64,000 nucleotides of DNA, taken from the NCBI GenBank assembly GCA_944325185.1, contig CALUZA010000059.1:6140-70139 (forward strand), read 5' to 3'. Every line of letters starts with the position of its first letter. The stretch's first letter is position 1. A model generated the notes under the pieces. The model made no database searches. It saw only the letters and a program-made list of their open reading frames with translations, and was not told the origin of the DNA. This document shows positions 17,424 through 28,217 of the stretch, piece by piece. Both the position numbers and the translations under genes were made by a program. This DNA is from Candidatus Gastranaerophilales bacterium. GTDB lineage: Bacteria; Cyanobacteriota; Vampirovibrionia; Gastranaerophilales; Gastranaerophilaceae.

Positions 17424-19985
17424 GTTAGCTTTTACAAAATTTTGAACATAATTTGTTTTATGAAATGGAATTGGATTTTGCCTATCAAACAAAACCTTTT
17501 CCATTTTTTTAGAAGTATTTTCATAATGATAAAATTTATAATTTAATTTATTATCTAAAATTATTCTGACAAATCCATAGTTTCTTGTTGAAATTGTTTT
17601 GATTTTATTTTCATACAACAAATTAATCGTTGAATAGTGCGGATGATTAAATTTATTAACTCCCGTCGAAATTAAAGCATACTCGGGTTTTATTCTTTCA
17701 AGCATCTCTTTATCAATAACATCTTTTGCACCATGATGACCGACTTTTAAAACATCAATCTTTTCAGGCAAATATTTTTCAATAGATTTATATCCCATAA
17801 TGCCAACATCACCCATAAAAAGAAAATTTCTATCTTTATAAGTAACAAGAGTGACTATTGATGTTTCATTATCAAATTTGTCATCATTGCTTATTTTGCT
17901 AATTTTTGGAACAAAAGTTCTTACCTTTAAATTAGGTTCTTCATAGATTATTTTATTATTTTCAGCAATTTTATAATTAAAATTATTATCTTTTATATAA
18001 TTCAAAATTTCTTGAGATAAATTTGATTTTGCCTTATCCTTTTGAATTATTATTTCATCAACCTTATTTGATTTCAGAACGTCAATAACCCCGCCGCAAT
18101 GATCCATATCAAAATGAGTTACAATAAGAATCTTTAATTTGTTAATTCTTTCATTTTTGAAATAACGATTTAATATAATTTCTCCGCTTGATAAACCTTT
18201 ATAAGGTTTTCTTCCAGCATCTATAAGAATATATTTCTTTTTTGGAGTTTTAATCAAAAAACTGTCAGCGTTTTCAACATCAAACATCATGATTTCAAAA
18301 TTATGTTTAAAATTATTAATTTTAATAAAACTAAAAGCGAAAATTAAAACAACGCACAGAAAAACATATAGATTTCTTTTATTTTTAAAATCATATTTTA
18401 AATTTAAAAGAAACAATAATATTAAAATCCAAAAACCAAACATCTGAAAGACATTTAAACCAATAACGCTCAACATTGAATACTTAAATGATGCAAAAAA
18501 TTCGCTTATATTAACAAGCAAAGCCAACATCGGATTTGCAAACATATCAAACAAAAATACTATAGGCTCATTCAAATAAGGCACAAGAGAAATAATTGAA
18601 CTTATAAAACCAACAAAACTCAAAATTCCTATAAAAGGAATTACCGCAATATTGGCTATTACACTGAAAAGTGCAAAATTATTGAAATAATGCATCTGCA
18701 AAGGCATTACCCAAATTTGAGCAAATAAAGGCACAATTATAGCCGAGATAATATTAACAGGACAAAATGCATAAGCCAAATATCTTTTAATAACAGAAGA
18801 ATTTTTAAATTTTTCTTTAAATTTCTTATCTTTTTCAACAATTTTTGAAACAACAACAGGACAAGACACAATAAGACCTATAGTCACAATAAAGGATAAT
18901 TGAAAACCGACATCGAAAAGCATTTTAGGATTAAAAAACAAAATTAAAAATCCAACGAAAAATACAAGCGCAACAGAATTAACATTTCTATCTATCAATT
19001 TTCCGAACAGCACAAACAAAAGCATAAAAGAAGCTCTTAAAATAGAAGGCGGAAAACCTGTCATAAAAGTATACAAAACAACAAATCCCGAACCCAAAAG
19101 AATTGCAAAATTATATGGAACACGCAAAAGCATTGCAATCCACCACCAAATTCCATATATTAAAGCAACATTCAATCCGCTTGCAGCAAGTAAATGCAAT
19201 AAACCTGAATTTTTAAAATCTTCTTTAATCTTTTCATCAGGATTTATAGTTTCATTACCAAATACAATACCGCCCAATATCTCTAATCTCGGAGATTTAA
19301 TATATTTTGAATGTTGAATAATAATTCTATGTCTTATAAGTTCGAATTTCTTTAAAATATAATACCAGCTGTCTGATAAATCTCTTATATTTAAAGAGGG
19401 TTCTTTTATTTTATAAATATTATCAGGCTCAGCATATAAAACATTTGTACAATCACTGTTTAAAAGATATCTTCTATAATCAAATTGATAAGGATTTTTT
19501 GCTTCTTTTGCAGGAACAAGTCTTCCTTTTACTTGAATATAATCACCTATAGTTATATTGTTGTCATCTTTATCGTTTTTGATGTAGCTTATCAAAACTT
19601 TTGAATTTGAATTATCAAATGTTTTTCCTAAAATCTCAATGCTTTTTACATTTAAATAGAACCTTACTCTTTTATATCTGTTTGAAACTTCTTTTGATGT
19701 TGAAACTTGTCCGGATAAAATAACATTATTAGAATTTATATTCTGCAAAGATCTATCAATATCTTCACTATTTCCTGCCCTTATAATGCCGACAAAGAAA
19801 ATCAAATATAAAACTACTATTCTTTTAAAATCAAAATCAGTAAATATAGTAATTAAAATTAAAACCAAAAGCGCAATAACTGCAAAAAGCAAACTATGTC
19901 CAAAAAATGCCGCAGTTAATCCCGATATATAAAATACCGAAAATAAAATTGTAAACAATTTTGTATATGAAAATTTTTCTTCCAT
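17418..19985 (-). CDS. comEC: DNA internalization competence protein ComEC/Rec2
   Basis: N-terminal OB/DUF4131 region, a polytopic competence domain (LLHLLAASGLNV), and a C-terminal metallo-beta-lactamase motif HFDMDHCGG. Confidence 0.85.
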   Translation of the reverse strand: MEEKFSYTKLFTILFSVFYISGLTAAFFGHSLLFAVIALLVLILITIFTDFDFKRIVVLYLIFFVGIIRAGNSEDIDRSLQNINSNNVILSGQVSTSKEVSNRYKRVRFYLNVKSIEILGKTFDNSNSKVLISYIKNDKDDNNITIGDYIQVKGRLVPAKEAKNPYQFDYRRYLLNSDCTNVLYAEPDNIYKIKEPSLNIRDLSDSWYYILKKFELIRHRIIIQHSKYIKSPRLEILGGIVFGNETINPDEKIKEDFKNSGLLHLLAASGLNVALIYGIWWWIAMLLRVPYNFAILLGSGFVVLYTFMTGFPPSILRASFMLLFVLFGKLIDRNVNSVALVFFVGFLILFFNPKMLFDVGFQLSFIVTIGLIVSCPVVVSKIVEKDKKFKEKFKNSSVIKRYLAYAFCPVNIISAIIVPLFAQIWVMPLQMHYFNNFALFSVIANIAVIPFIGILSFVGFISSIISLVPYLNEPIVFLFDMFANPMLALLVNISEFFASFKYSMLSVIGLNVFQMFGFWILILLFLLNLKYDFKNKRNLYVFLCVVLIFAFSFIKINNFKHNFEIMMFDVENADSFLIKTPKKKYILIDAGRKPYKGLSSGEIILNRYFKNERINKLKILIVTHFDMDHCGGVIDVLKSNKVDEIIIQKDKAKSNLSQEILNYIKDNNFNYKIAENNKIIYEEPNLKVRTFVPKISKISNDDKFDNETSIVTLVTYKDRNFLFMGDVGIMGYKSIEKYLPEKIDVLKVGHHGAKDVIDKEMLERIKPEYALISTGVNKFNHPHYSTINLLYENKIKTISTRNYGFVRIILDNKLNYKFYHYENTSKKMEKVLFDRQNPIPFHKTNYVQNFVKANL

Positions 19986-19987
19986 TT

Positions 19988-20950
19988 TCAGTCAAAAAGA
20001 GCATTGATGAAATCATTTTTATTGAATTCGCTTATGTCATCTATGCTTTCACCTGTTCCGATTAATTTTGTCGGCAGCTTCAAATTCTTTGCTATTGAAA
20101 AAATAATTCCGCCCTTAGAACAACCATCAAGTTTTGTTATTGCAATAGAAGTTATATCCACAGCTTCATTAAAAACAAGCGCTTGATTTAAACCATTTTG
20201 CCCCTGTGAACCATCTAAAACCAATATTGTTTCAAGATTAGAATCTTCAAGCTTTTTCAAAATTACATTTTTAATTTTCTTTAATTCTTCAATTAAATTA
20301 AATTTATTTTGCAAACGACCTGCGCTATCTATTATCACAACGTTATAATTTTCTTTTCTTGCTAAATCTATCGCCCTGAATGCCAATGATGCACTATCTG
20401 CCTTGTCTTCTCTTAAAATGTCCACACCAGCCCTTTTGGACCAGATATCAAGCTGTTCTTCGGCTGCCGCTCTAAAAGTGTCTCCTGCAACCATTAGAAC
20501 CTTATTTCCTTCTTTTTTAAATTTATTTGCAAGTTTTCCTATTAATGTGGTTTTTCCTGCTCCGTTGACACCAACCACAAAATAAATATTTAATTTATTT
20601 TTATCAAACTTTAATTTTTCTTCTTTATCCGTATTTAAAATATCGGTAAACTCTTTTCTTAAAAAATCTTTTAATTGCGATGATTTAATTTTTTCATCTT
20701 TAATTTTGTTTACTATTTCAACAGCTAAATCAACTCCTAAATCAGCCTTAATCAAAAGCGTTTCAATATCTTCAAGCTCAAATTCATCTACAACCTTATC
20801 CCCTGAAGTTGAATTTACTATGCTATTTACCAGTGAATTTGCAGTCTTTGATAAAACATTTTTCAAAACCCCAAAACTTGAAAGATTTTGAGAATTTTCT
20901 TTTTTTTCTTCACTTTTATTTTTAAAAAAATTAAACATATTTTTCAACAA
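19988..20950 (-). CDS. ftsY: signal recognition particle receptor FtsY
   Basis: GVNGAGKTTLIGKLA, DTFRAAA, DSAGRL and TKLDG GTPase motifs. An alternative start is ATG 20938 (MFNFFKNK). Confidence 0.9.
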   Translation of the reverse strand: MLKNMFNFFKNKSEEKKENSQNLSSFGVLKNVLSKTANSLVNSIVNSTSGDKVVDEFELEDIETLLIKADLGVDLAVEIVNKIKDEKIKSSQLKDFLRKEFTDILNTDKEEKLKFDKNKLNIYFVVGVNGAGKTTLIGKLANKFKKEGNKVLMVAGDTFRAAAEEQLDIWSKRAGVDILREDKADSASLAFRAIDLARKENYNVVIIDSAGRLQNKFNLIEELKKIKNVILKKLEDSNLETILVLDGSQGQNGLNQALVFNEAVDITSIAITKLDGCSKGGIIFSIAKNLKLPTKLIGTGESIDDISEFNKNDFINALFD

Positions 20951-21584
20951 CTCTAGCTAAAATGCCGTTAATAAAAGATGGAGAATCATCGGTAGAATAT
21001 TTCTTTGCTAATTCCAAAGCCTCATCTATTACAACTTTATGAGGAGCATCTTTAATAAATGCTAATTCAACAATTGCAATTCTTAAAATATCTTTATCGA
21101 TTTTAAATAGTCTGTCAATATCCCAACCAAAAGCAAACTCGCTAATCATCTTATCAATTTCTTCTCTGTTTGCTTGATATTCTGAACAAATTTTTATAAT
21201 GTAGCTACGCACATCTTCTTTGTTTGCCAGAGTGCACAATTCCGCAACATCTAAAGCAGACAATGTTTTTTCCGCAGCATTTAACAAGACGTCAATTTTT
21301 CCTTCCAAATCAGAGGTTAACGGAATTTGTACAGGAATATTTTCACAGTCTATAGGTCTTGAAAGATTATCTTCATGGTTATTTTCAAATTCAATAATTT
21401 GATTTTTGATATTTGTAAGCTCCGAAACACTCATTGAAACTTCATCATAAGAATTTGAAATCAAAGTCCTTACTGATTTTAAAACAATTTGTGTAAAATC
21501 TTCATTTTTATATTTTTCTAAATTTTTATCTAATTGTGAAAATAATATTAAAGCCAATTCTCTGCTTGCGCGTCTTGCCTGCAT
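20931..21584 (-). CDS. nusB: transcription antitermination factor NusB (long form)
   Basis: ARRASRELALILFSQ N-terminal signature and C-terminal ...VVIDEALELAKKYS...SFINGILARV. Confidence 0.85.
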   Translation of the reverse strand: MQARRASRELALILFSQLDKNLEKYKNEDFTQIVLKSVRTLISNSYDEVSMSVSELTNIKNQIIEFENNHEDNLSRPIDCENIPVQIPLTSDLEGKIDVLLNAAEKTLSALDVAELCTLANKEDVRSYIIKICSEYQANREEIDKMISEFAFGWDIDRLFKIDKDILRIAIVELAFIKDAPHKVVIDEALELAKKYSTDDSPSFINGILARVVEKYV

Positions 21585-21638
21585 TTTTAATTCCTTCTTT
21601 TAATGTTCAAAATTATTATATTTTAAAAATATCTCATT

Positions 21639-22712
21639 TCATAGAGTTTTTTTAATAAACTCAAAATATTTCGTTATAATTTTTTCTTTTTCATAATTTT
21701 TTATTAGTTTTGTATTTTTCTTGTTAATTTCTTTTAAGTTACATTCTTTTATTTTGTTTAGTACCTCAGCAATTGAATCAACATTAACTTCAGTTAAAAA
21801 ACCATTTTCTCCGTTTTCTATTATGCCATCCATTCCGGTGTTTTTACTCGCAATAACAACTAAACCACAAGATAAAGCTTCAAAATACGAAACTCCAAAA
21901 GTTTCATTTTTCGAAGGTAAAATAAAAACATCATTTTCATTCAATTTTTTATATACTTCATCATGATTTACATAGCCATTAATTTTAACCTTGCCTTCAA
22001 GATTATATTTTGATATCAGCTTCAAAAGCCTCTTTTTTTCTGGTCCTTCGCCATATATATTATATTCAAAGTCATAATCAACTCTATTTAAAGCTTTTAT
22101 TACCAAATCTAAATTTTTTCTTTTAATAAATTTAGACAAAGTTATAAACTTAATTTTATCGCTATTAAAAATCTTTTTTTCTTTTATGTTTTTCTTGTCT
22201 ACAAAAGAAGGTAAAATAAAATCGCAATTAAGCTTTTTAAACAAAGTAAAATTTCTGGCCCCGACAAACGAAGATTCCATAAGCGCACGAGACAATCTTT
22301 TTCTAAAATAAAAAGCATACCTAAAATCCGACAAAACTTTATAATCACTTTGATGAACAATTGAAATATGGGGCAAATTAAGAACTCTATTTATCAAATT
22401 AGCATACATATGCCCTGACGGCATATGGGAAATTATAATATCAAAATTTAAAAATTTTCGTATAAACTTTTTATTTTCAAAAATAAAAGGTAAAATAAAA
22501 TTTCTATTATATATTTTTATATTATTTTTAACGTATTCTCCGCTCTTTACAATCTTATGCCTTCTTAAAATCGTATTAAAAATAAAATTTGGCCGAATTA
22601 CCTCAACTTTTTCAACCTTCTCATTTAAAGCAAAAGCAAAATCCTCAACTACAGAAGGAATTGTCCTATCTGTTGTTAGAGGATATAAATCGCTTATAAT
22701 TAAAATTTTCAT
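21639..22712 (-). CDS. family 4 (GT-B) glycosyltransferase
   Basis: C-terminal LPSKNETFGVSYFEALSCGLVVIAS...GENGFL (Glycos_transf_1, E-x7-E region). Confidence 0.8.
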   Translation of the reverse strand: MKILIISDLYPLTTDRTIPSVVEDFAFALNEKVEKVEVIRPNFIFNTILRRHKIVKSGEYVKNNIKIYNRNFILPFIFENKKFIRKFLNFDIIISHMPSGHMYANLINRVLNLPHISIVHQSDYKVLSDFRYAFYFRKRLSRALMESSFVGARNFTLFKKLNCDFILPSFVDKKNIKEKKIFNSDKIKFITLSKFIKRKNLDLVIKALNRVDYDFEYNIYGEGPEKKRLLKLISKYNLEGKVKINGYVNHDEVYKKLNENDVFILPSKNETFGVSYFEALSCGLVVIASKNTGMDGIIENGENGFLTEVNVDSIAEVLNKIKECNLKEINKKNTKLIKNYEKEKIITKYFEFIKKTL

Positions 22713-24770
22713 CTAAAGTTTTTCAAAATCACAAACAACCGTATATTTCGATTTTAACAGATTTAACAATTTAAGACGGTTATTTTTAACTTTTTCATCT
22801 TTATCCATAACAAGAACTTTTTCAAAAAAGTCCGAAGTCGGCTTAATTAAAACTTTTAAAGATTTTATATATTCTTCAAGATTTGTGTTTTCATTTTGAT
22901 GACAAATAATTGCTTCATAAAGATTTTTTTCTTCATCCAAAACAAACAATGATTTATCAACATCATTTTCCTTGAAGTCTTTTAAAATTCTTACTACGCG
23001 ATTTGCGTTTTCTTTTATTTTAAGAAAATCTTCATCATTTTGATACTTTTTCAAAATTTCAGCTTTTTTAATAAAACCAACTAAATCTTTAAAAGGATTT
23101 GCACCCTGCAAAGAAACGAAAATCTTTTGATCAAATTCCTTCTCATACATAACTGCAAGTCTTTGCATAAAGAATTCCGTTAATTCATCCTTAATACAAG
23201 TTTCAAGAGGAATTGAAAATTCTTCCGACAAAAGCTTTAAAGAATAATCCATTATAATATCAAGGTCAACTTTAATATCCTTTTCTATAATTGTGCGCAA
23301 TATGCCAATTACGGCACGTCTTGCTCCAAGAGGATCATTTGAACCTGTAGGACGCTTTTTCTTTTTATCGCCCTGAGTCGAGATAAACAAAGCACAAATT
23401 GTATCGATTTTATCCGCTATTGAAGTTATTTGCCCTTCAATATTTGAAGGAAGAGAAGAATTTGCGCCAAGAGGAAAATAATGTTCGCAAACACCTTTTG
23501 CTACATTAGCCTTTTCCCCGTCTTTAAGAGCATAATTTTCACCTATAAAACCTTGCAATTCAGTAAATTCAAAAACAAGACTTGTAGATAAATCACACTT
23601 TGAAAGCTTTGCACATCTTAAAATATCTTCTTTTTCAACTATATTTAATTGATCACAAATTTTATCCGACAATTTTATCATTCTTTGGGCTTTATCAAAT
23701 AAAGTTCCTAAGCCCTTTTGAAAAGTCATACCTTTTAATTTGTCATATTTATCTATCAATTTAGTTTTAGTGTCTTCATTATAGAAAAATATACCATCCT
23801 CAAGACGAGCAGCTATTACTCTTTGATTTCCGGCTTTAATATTTGCAAACTCATCTCCGACATAATTTGCCATAGTAATAAATTTATTAGATAGTTTACC
23901 TTCTTTTGTCCAAAGAGGAAAATATCTTTGATGACTTGACATAACAGTTGTTGTAACTATTGCAGGAATTTGCAAATATTTTTCATCAAATTCACACATA
24001 ACAGGAACAGGCCATTCTGTTATAAAAGTAACCTCTTCCAATAGTTCCTGCATATCATCAAAATTAATTTCAAGATTTGACTCATTTGCGCATTTTGTTG
24101 CACTTTCTATAATCAATCTTTTTCTTTCATTCTGATCTACTATTACATTTGCTTTTCTCATTAATTCAACATAATTTTGAGGCTTGTCAATTATCACCTC
24201 GCGATTTAAAGAAAAGCGATGTCCTTGAGTTTTATTAACAGCTTTTTTATCTAAAACCTTCAAATCAACAACTTCTTCGCCCAAAAGCGCAACAACATTT
24301 TCTATAGGACGAGAAAATTTTTCGTCGAAATCTTTCCAGCGCATAAAATGTGAACCTTGAAGTTTTAAAACTAAGCTTTCTATATTATTTTTTAAAATAT
24401 CGGAAGCTAAATTTCCCTTAATTTCAATTTTTGCCCATATATAATTATCTTTTTCGTACAAAGCCGATATGTCCACACCGTTTTTCTTGGCAAAACCAAT
24501 TGCGGCAGGAGAATATTCGCCATTTTCATTTTTTGCTATATTTAAAATCGGACCTCTAACATCTTTTTCAATATTTTCTTGACATACGGCAAGCTCATCA
24601 ACCAATACGGCAAGACGCCTAGGGGTCGCATAAACCTTTATGTCATCATATTCGAGCGCATTTTCTTTAAAAAGTTTCTCGAACGAGCTTTTTAATTGTC
24701 CTATTGCCGAAGGAATAAATTTATAGGGAAGCTCTTGAACCTGTATTTCCAATAAAAAATCTTTCTTCAT
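22713..24770 (-). CDS. glyS: glycine--tRNA ligase beta subunit
   Basis: MKKDFLLEIQVQELP..., TPRRLAV, FMRW and GANP...D... blocks, at the typical 685-aa length. Confidence 0.9.
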   Translation of the reverse strand: MKKDFLLEIQVQELPYKFIPSAIGQLKSSFEKLFKENALEYDDIKVYATPRRLAVLVDELAVCQENIEKDVRGPILNIAKNENGEYSPAAIGFAKKNGVDISALYEKDNYIWAKIEIKGNLASDILKNNIESLVLKLQGSHFMRWKDFDEKFSRPIENVVALLGEEVVDLKVLDKKAVNKTQGHRFSLNREVIIDKPQNYVELMRKANVIVDQNERKRLIIESATKCANESNLEINFDDMQELLEEVTFITEWPVPVMCEFDEKYLQIPAIVTTTVMSSHQRYFPLWTKEGKLSNKFITMANYVGDEFANIKAGNQRVIAARLEDGIFFYNEDTKTKLIDKYDKLKGMTFQKGLGTLFDKAQRMIKLSDKICDQLNIVEKEDILRCAKLSKCDLSTSLVFEFTELQGFIGENYALKDGEKANVAKGVCEHYFPLGANSSLPSNIEGQITSIADKIDTICALFISTQGDKKKKRPTGSNDPLGARRAVIGILRTIIEKDIKVDLDIIMDYSLKLLSEEFSIPLETCIKDELTEFFMQRLAVMYEKEFDQKIFVSLQGANPFKDLVGFIKKAEILKKYQNDEDFLKIKENANRVVRILKDFKENDVDKSLFVLDEEKNLYEAIICHQNENTNLEEYIKSLKVLIKPTSDFFEKVLVMDKDEKVKNNRLKLLNLLKSKYTVVCDFEKL

Positions 24771-24929
24771 AATCTAAATTGTATTATAAAAAATTCAAAA
24801 CGGAATACAATTTTAAAGTTTTTTATTAAGAAAATGCAACAAAACACAAAAAAACATCATCTTTTTTTTGAAAAAAAATTTTGTATGTGTCAAATTATTA
24901 ATAAGAGTTATTGGTTTAATTTAGAATAA

Positions 24930-26552
24930 ATGTTGGACGTAGATATTATAGAAATAAATGACGAACAAGCGCATAATGCCAAGCTTTTAGCAAGCGCTCT
25001 TTCTACCCCTCAAATAAGAAAAAGGGGCATAATAGACATGCTTGGAATATCTTGTGCCGTCAATTATCTGCATGCCAGAAAATTCAGAATAGACACAAAA
25101 AGAAGCGTATATAAAATTCCTCTTTTATTTGAAGAATTTAAACTAAGCGATATATATTACGGCAATTACAGAATTGATGTAATAACATTATATAAAGAAA
25201 AAACCGTTAAAATACCAAAAATCCATGTAGATATGGATATTATGCCTCATTTTTACTTCATAGTCCAAATCGGCTCAAAAATTAAAGAAGCAAAAATGAT
25301 AGGCTTTATTGATGCAAAAAGTATTCCTGCATGCTCCCATGATTCAAAATTTTATTATCCTACTTTGGATATGATTTTTGATATTAAAAAATTTGCCAAT
25401 TTAACCAAACACTCTATAGCAACAAAAACTCTTTTAGGCAAACACGTTGATTGCATGGGATTATTCTTAAAATTTATTGATAACGATTTATCATCAGTAT
25501 ATAAAAGACAATTAATTCAACACCTTATGAATTGCGACTCTTGCAGAGCGCGCTTTATTGACACAATAGAATTTGAAAAACTTGCAAACAATATACGTTA
25601 TTATCCAAATGTAATCAGAAGAAGCGAAGTCAAAACTCCTACAGTAGCCATTGCAACAGGTTTTGAAAGAGAAAATAAATTTGCATCATTTGAAGAAAAT
25701 TTAGAAAATTTACCACTCCAAGAACCTATTCAAAGTAGCGTACAACTAATGGAAAATGAAAACTTTATTAATATCGAAAAAAACAATTATGATGACGGAA
25801 ATCAAAACGATGATAAACCAAAAACAGTCCAAATGTTTGATTTAATTGATAAAAACGATAAAAAACAAGCAAGCAAAAAAGTAATTGATGCCATATTTGA
25901 TGAAATTCCAAAAGTTGAACTTCCGCCAATTAAAACAATTGTAAGCGCAAAACACAAACGCATGTTAATGATTACCATTGTAATATTCTTAATATTGGGA
26001 AGTTTTGCCCTAATTTCAATAAAAGGAACCTCTGATATTATTGAAGAGAATAAAGAAATGGCTTCTTTTGAAGAACCATTTGAAGATATCGATGAAAATT
26101 ACACAGAAAGCTACGACTATCCGACAGGTCAAGCAAAATTAATACCGAAAGAAAAAAATATTGAAGACTTTTCAATACAACAACCTGCGCCTTCAAAACC
26201 AACTTACGCTCCAAATATAACAAGAATAGCTTGGGAAGCACCGGAAAGCGTTACAAAAAAAGACTCATACAGGAAATATCTTCAATTGGCAGGCAAAAAC
26301 ATTAAGCTAAACCTTCAAAACGAACTATTACTCGTAAACGATATTCCGATGAATAAAACGGTTAAAGCGGATATTAAAATTACTTCCGATGGCAATGTTG
26401 ATTCAATTAATATTACAACATCTTCGGGCTCTACATTAATTGATGCCGCAGTTAAAAGAGTTATAACCGACACAATTACATATATGAAACCGCCAAGCCA
26501 TGGCTTAATTTCAAAATCAGTTGATATAACGTTAACTGCCGAAATGAATTAA
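24930..26552 (+). CDS. single-pass membrane protein with H-x3-C-x2-C motif and TonB-C-like C-terminal domain
   Basis: HLMNCDSC fits the zf-HC2 pattern. The TM helix is MLMITIVIFLILGSFALISI. The C-terminus DIKITSDGNVDSINITTSSGSTLIDAAVKRVI resembles the TonB_C fold signature. Confidence 0.6.
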   Translation: MLDVDIIEINDEQAHNAKLLASALSTPQIRKRGIIDMLGISCAVNYLHARKFRIDTKRSVYKIPLLFEEFKLSDIYYGNYRIDVITLYKEKTVKIPKIHVDMDIMPHFYFIVQIGSKIKEAKMIGFIDAKSIPACSHDSKFYYPTLDMIFDIKKFANLTKHSIATKTLLGKHVDCMGLFLKFIDNDLSSVYKRQLIQHLMNCDSCRARFIDTIEFEKLANNIRYYPNVIRRSEVKTPTVAIATGFERENKFASFEENLENLPLQEPIQSSVQLMENENFINIEKNNYDDGNQNDDKPKTVQMFDLIDKNDKKQASKKVIDAIFDEIPKVELPPIKTIVSAKHKRMLMITIVIFLILGSFALISIKGTSDIIEENKEMASFEEPFEDIDENYTESYDYPTGQAKLIPKEKNIEDFSIQQPAPSKPTYAPNITRIAWEAPESVTKKDSYRKYLQLAGKNIKLNLQNELLLVNDIPMNKTVKADIKITSDGNVDSINITTSSGSTLIDAAVKRVITDTITYMKPPSHGLISKSVDITLTAEMN

Positions 26553-26616
26553 TTTTCTGATACTTGCAAAACCTGCATAAAAAAAGTATAATGCCTGTAA
26601 CGAAAGCGGGGTAAAA

Positions 26617-27795
26617 ATGAAAGTAAACGAAAATTATAAAAAACTTGCAGAAAGCTATCTTTTTTCAACTATAGCTAAAAAAGTAAATGAATTCTCCAAA
26701 AATAACCCCGATAAAAAAATCATACGTCTTGGAATTGGAGATGTTACTAAACCATTATGCAAAAGCGTTATAAATGCTATGCAAAATGCCGTTAGCGAAA
26801 TGGGCACAATTGAAGGTTTTAGGGGGTATGGTCCTGAGCAAGGATATGATTTTCTAAAAGAAAAAATACAAAAATACTACCAAAAAAGAAACGTTAATCT
26901 TGAACTTGATGAAATTTTTATTTCTGACGGAGCAAAATCTGATCTGGGAAATATTTTGGATTTATTTTCCAAAGAAAACACTGTTTTAATTCCTGACCCT
27001 GTGTATCCTGTTTATGTTGACACGAACACAATGCAAGACAGAAAAATAATATTCTTGGAAGCAAATCAAGAAAATAACTTTCTGCCAATGCCAAAAGACG
27101 AAATAAAAGCTGATATAGTATATCTCTGCTCGCCAAACAACCCCACAGGCGCGGTATATAATAAAGCCCAGCTTGAAAAATGGGTAAATTGGGCAAAAAA
27201 TAATAATGCAATAATTTTATTCGATGCAGCTTATGAATGTTTTATATCAGACGATAATCTTCCAAAAAGCATTTTCGAAATTGAAGGAGCTAAAAATTGT
27301 GCTATTGAATTTTGCTCTTTCTCTAAAACCGCCGGTTTTACAGGAACACGTTGCGGTTATACAGTTGTTTCAAAAGAACTTGTATTTGATGGAATGAGTC
27401 TAAACAAAATGTGGTTACGTCGCCAAACAACAAAATTTAACGGCGTCCCATACATTGTACAAAGAGGTGCAGAGGCTGTCTTTACAGAACAAGGACAAAA
27501 AGAAATATATGAAAATATTAATTACTATAAGCAAAACGCTAAAATAATAGCTGATACACTTAAAAAACATAATATATGGTTTACAGGGGGAGTACATTCT
27601 CCGTATATTTGGTTGAAATGCCCAAATAATATGACGAGTTGGGAATTTTTTGATTTTCTTCTTGAAAAAGCAGGAATAGTAGGGACTCCTGGAGCAGGTT
27701 TTGGAAAAAACGGCGAAGGCTTCTTTAGATTAACTTCATTCAATACAAATGAAAATACAAAAGAAGCAATGGAAAGATTTGATAAAATTTTATAA
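26617..27795 (+). CDS. dapL: LL-diaminopimelate aminotransferase
   Basis: N-terminal NENYKKLAESYLFSTI, SPNNPTG, and PLP lysine in SFSKTAGFTGTRCGY. Confidence 0.85.
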   Translation: MKVNENYKKLAESYLFSTIAKKVNEFSKNNPDKKIIRLGIGDVTKPLCKSVINAMQNAVSEMGTIEGFRGYGPEQGYDFLKEKIQKYYQKRNVNLELDEIFISDGAKSDLGNILDLFSKENTVLIPDPVYPVYVDTNTMQDRKIIFLEANQENNFLPMPKDEIKADIVYLCSPNNPTGAVYNKAQLEKWVNWAKNNNAIILFDAAYECFISDDNLPKSIFEIEGAKNCAIEFCSFSKTAGFTGTRCGYTVVSKELVFDGMSLNKMWLRRQTTKFNGVPYIVQRGAEAVFTEQGQKEIYENINYYKQNAKIIADTLKKHNIWFTGGVHSPYIWLKCPNNMTSWEFFDFLLEKAGIVGTPGAGFGKNGEGFFRLTSFNTNENTKEAMERFDKIL

Positions 27796-27850
27796 AAATA
27801 TTGCAAATATTTTTTGTTTATAATTAAATAAGATTATCAACAAAAAGTCT

Positions 27851-27923
27851 GCGGAAGTAACTCAATTGGTAGAGTACCTGCCTTCCAAGCAGGATGTTGC
27901 GAGTTCGAGCCTCGTCTTCCGCT
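27851..27923 (+). tRNA. tRNA-Gly (anticodon UCC)
   Basis: 73-nt cloverleaf: acceptor GCGGAAG/CTTCCGC, anticodon stem CCTGC/GCAGG with loop CTTCCAA, T-loop TTCGAGC, discriminator U. Confidence 0.85.
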
Positions 27924-27927
27924 ATTT

Positions 27928-27957
27928 AAAAAGGAGATATTTAGTATCTCCTTTTTA
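27928..27957 (+). terminator. rho-independent terminator after tRNA-Gly
   Basis: Stem AAGGAGATA (27931-27939) / TATCTCCTT (27945-27953) followed by a T-run. Confidence 0.6.
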
Positions 27958-28217
27958 ATTTGATTACAACCTGTTATTTAAAAACGCTTATTAAAATTTA
28001 CAACTTTATCACATTTAAAAACAATAAAATAGTATATTTACACCAATTGACACATAAAACTGAAATGTTATAATCCCCATATAAATTTATAATGAGTCAT
28101 TTTAAACAAACTTATTAAGAAATGTAAAAATTTATAGTGTTTACTTTTTACACAAGCAATTAATATTATTTTTGATATTTTTATAGGCATTAACCCGTAT
28201 ATTATAGGAGACTTCAA

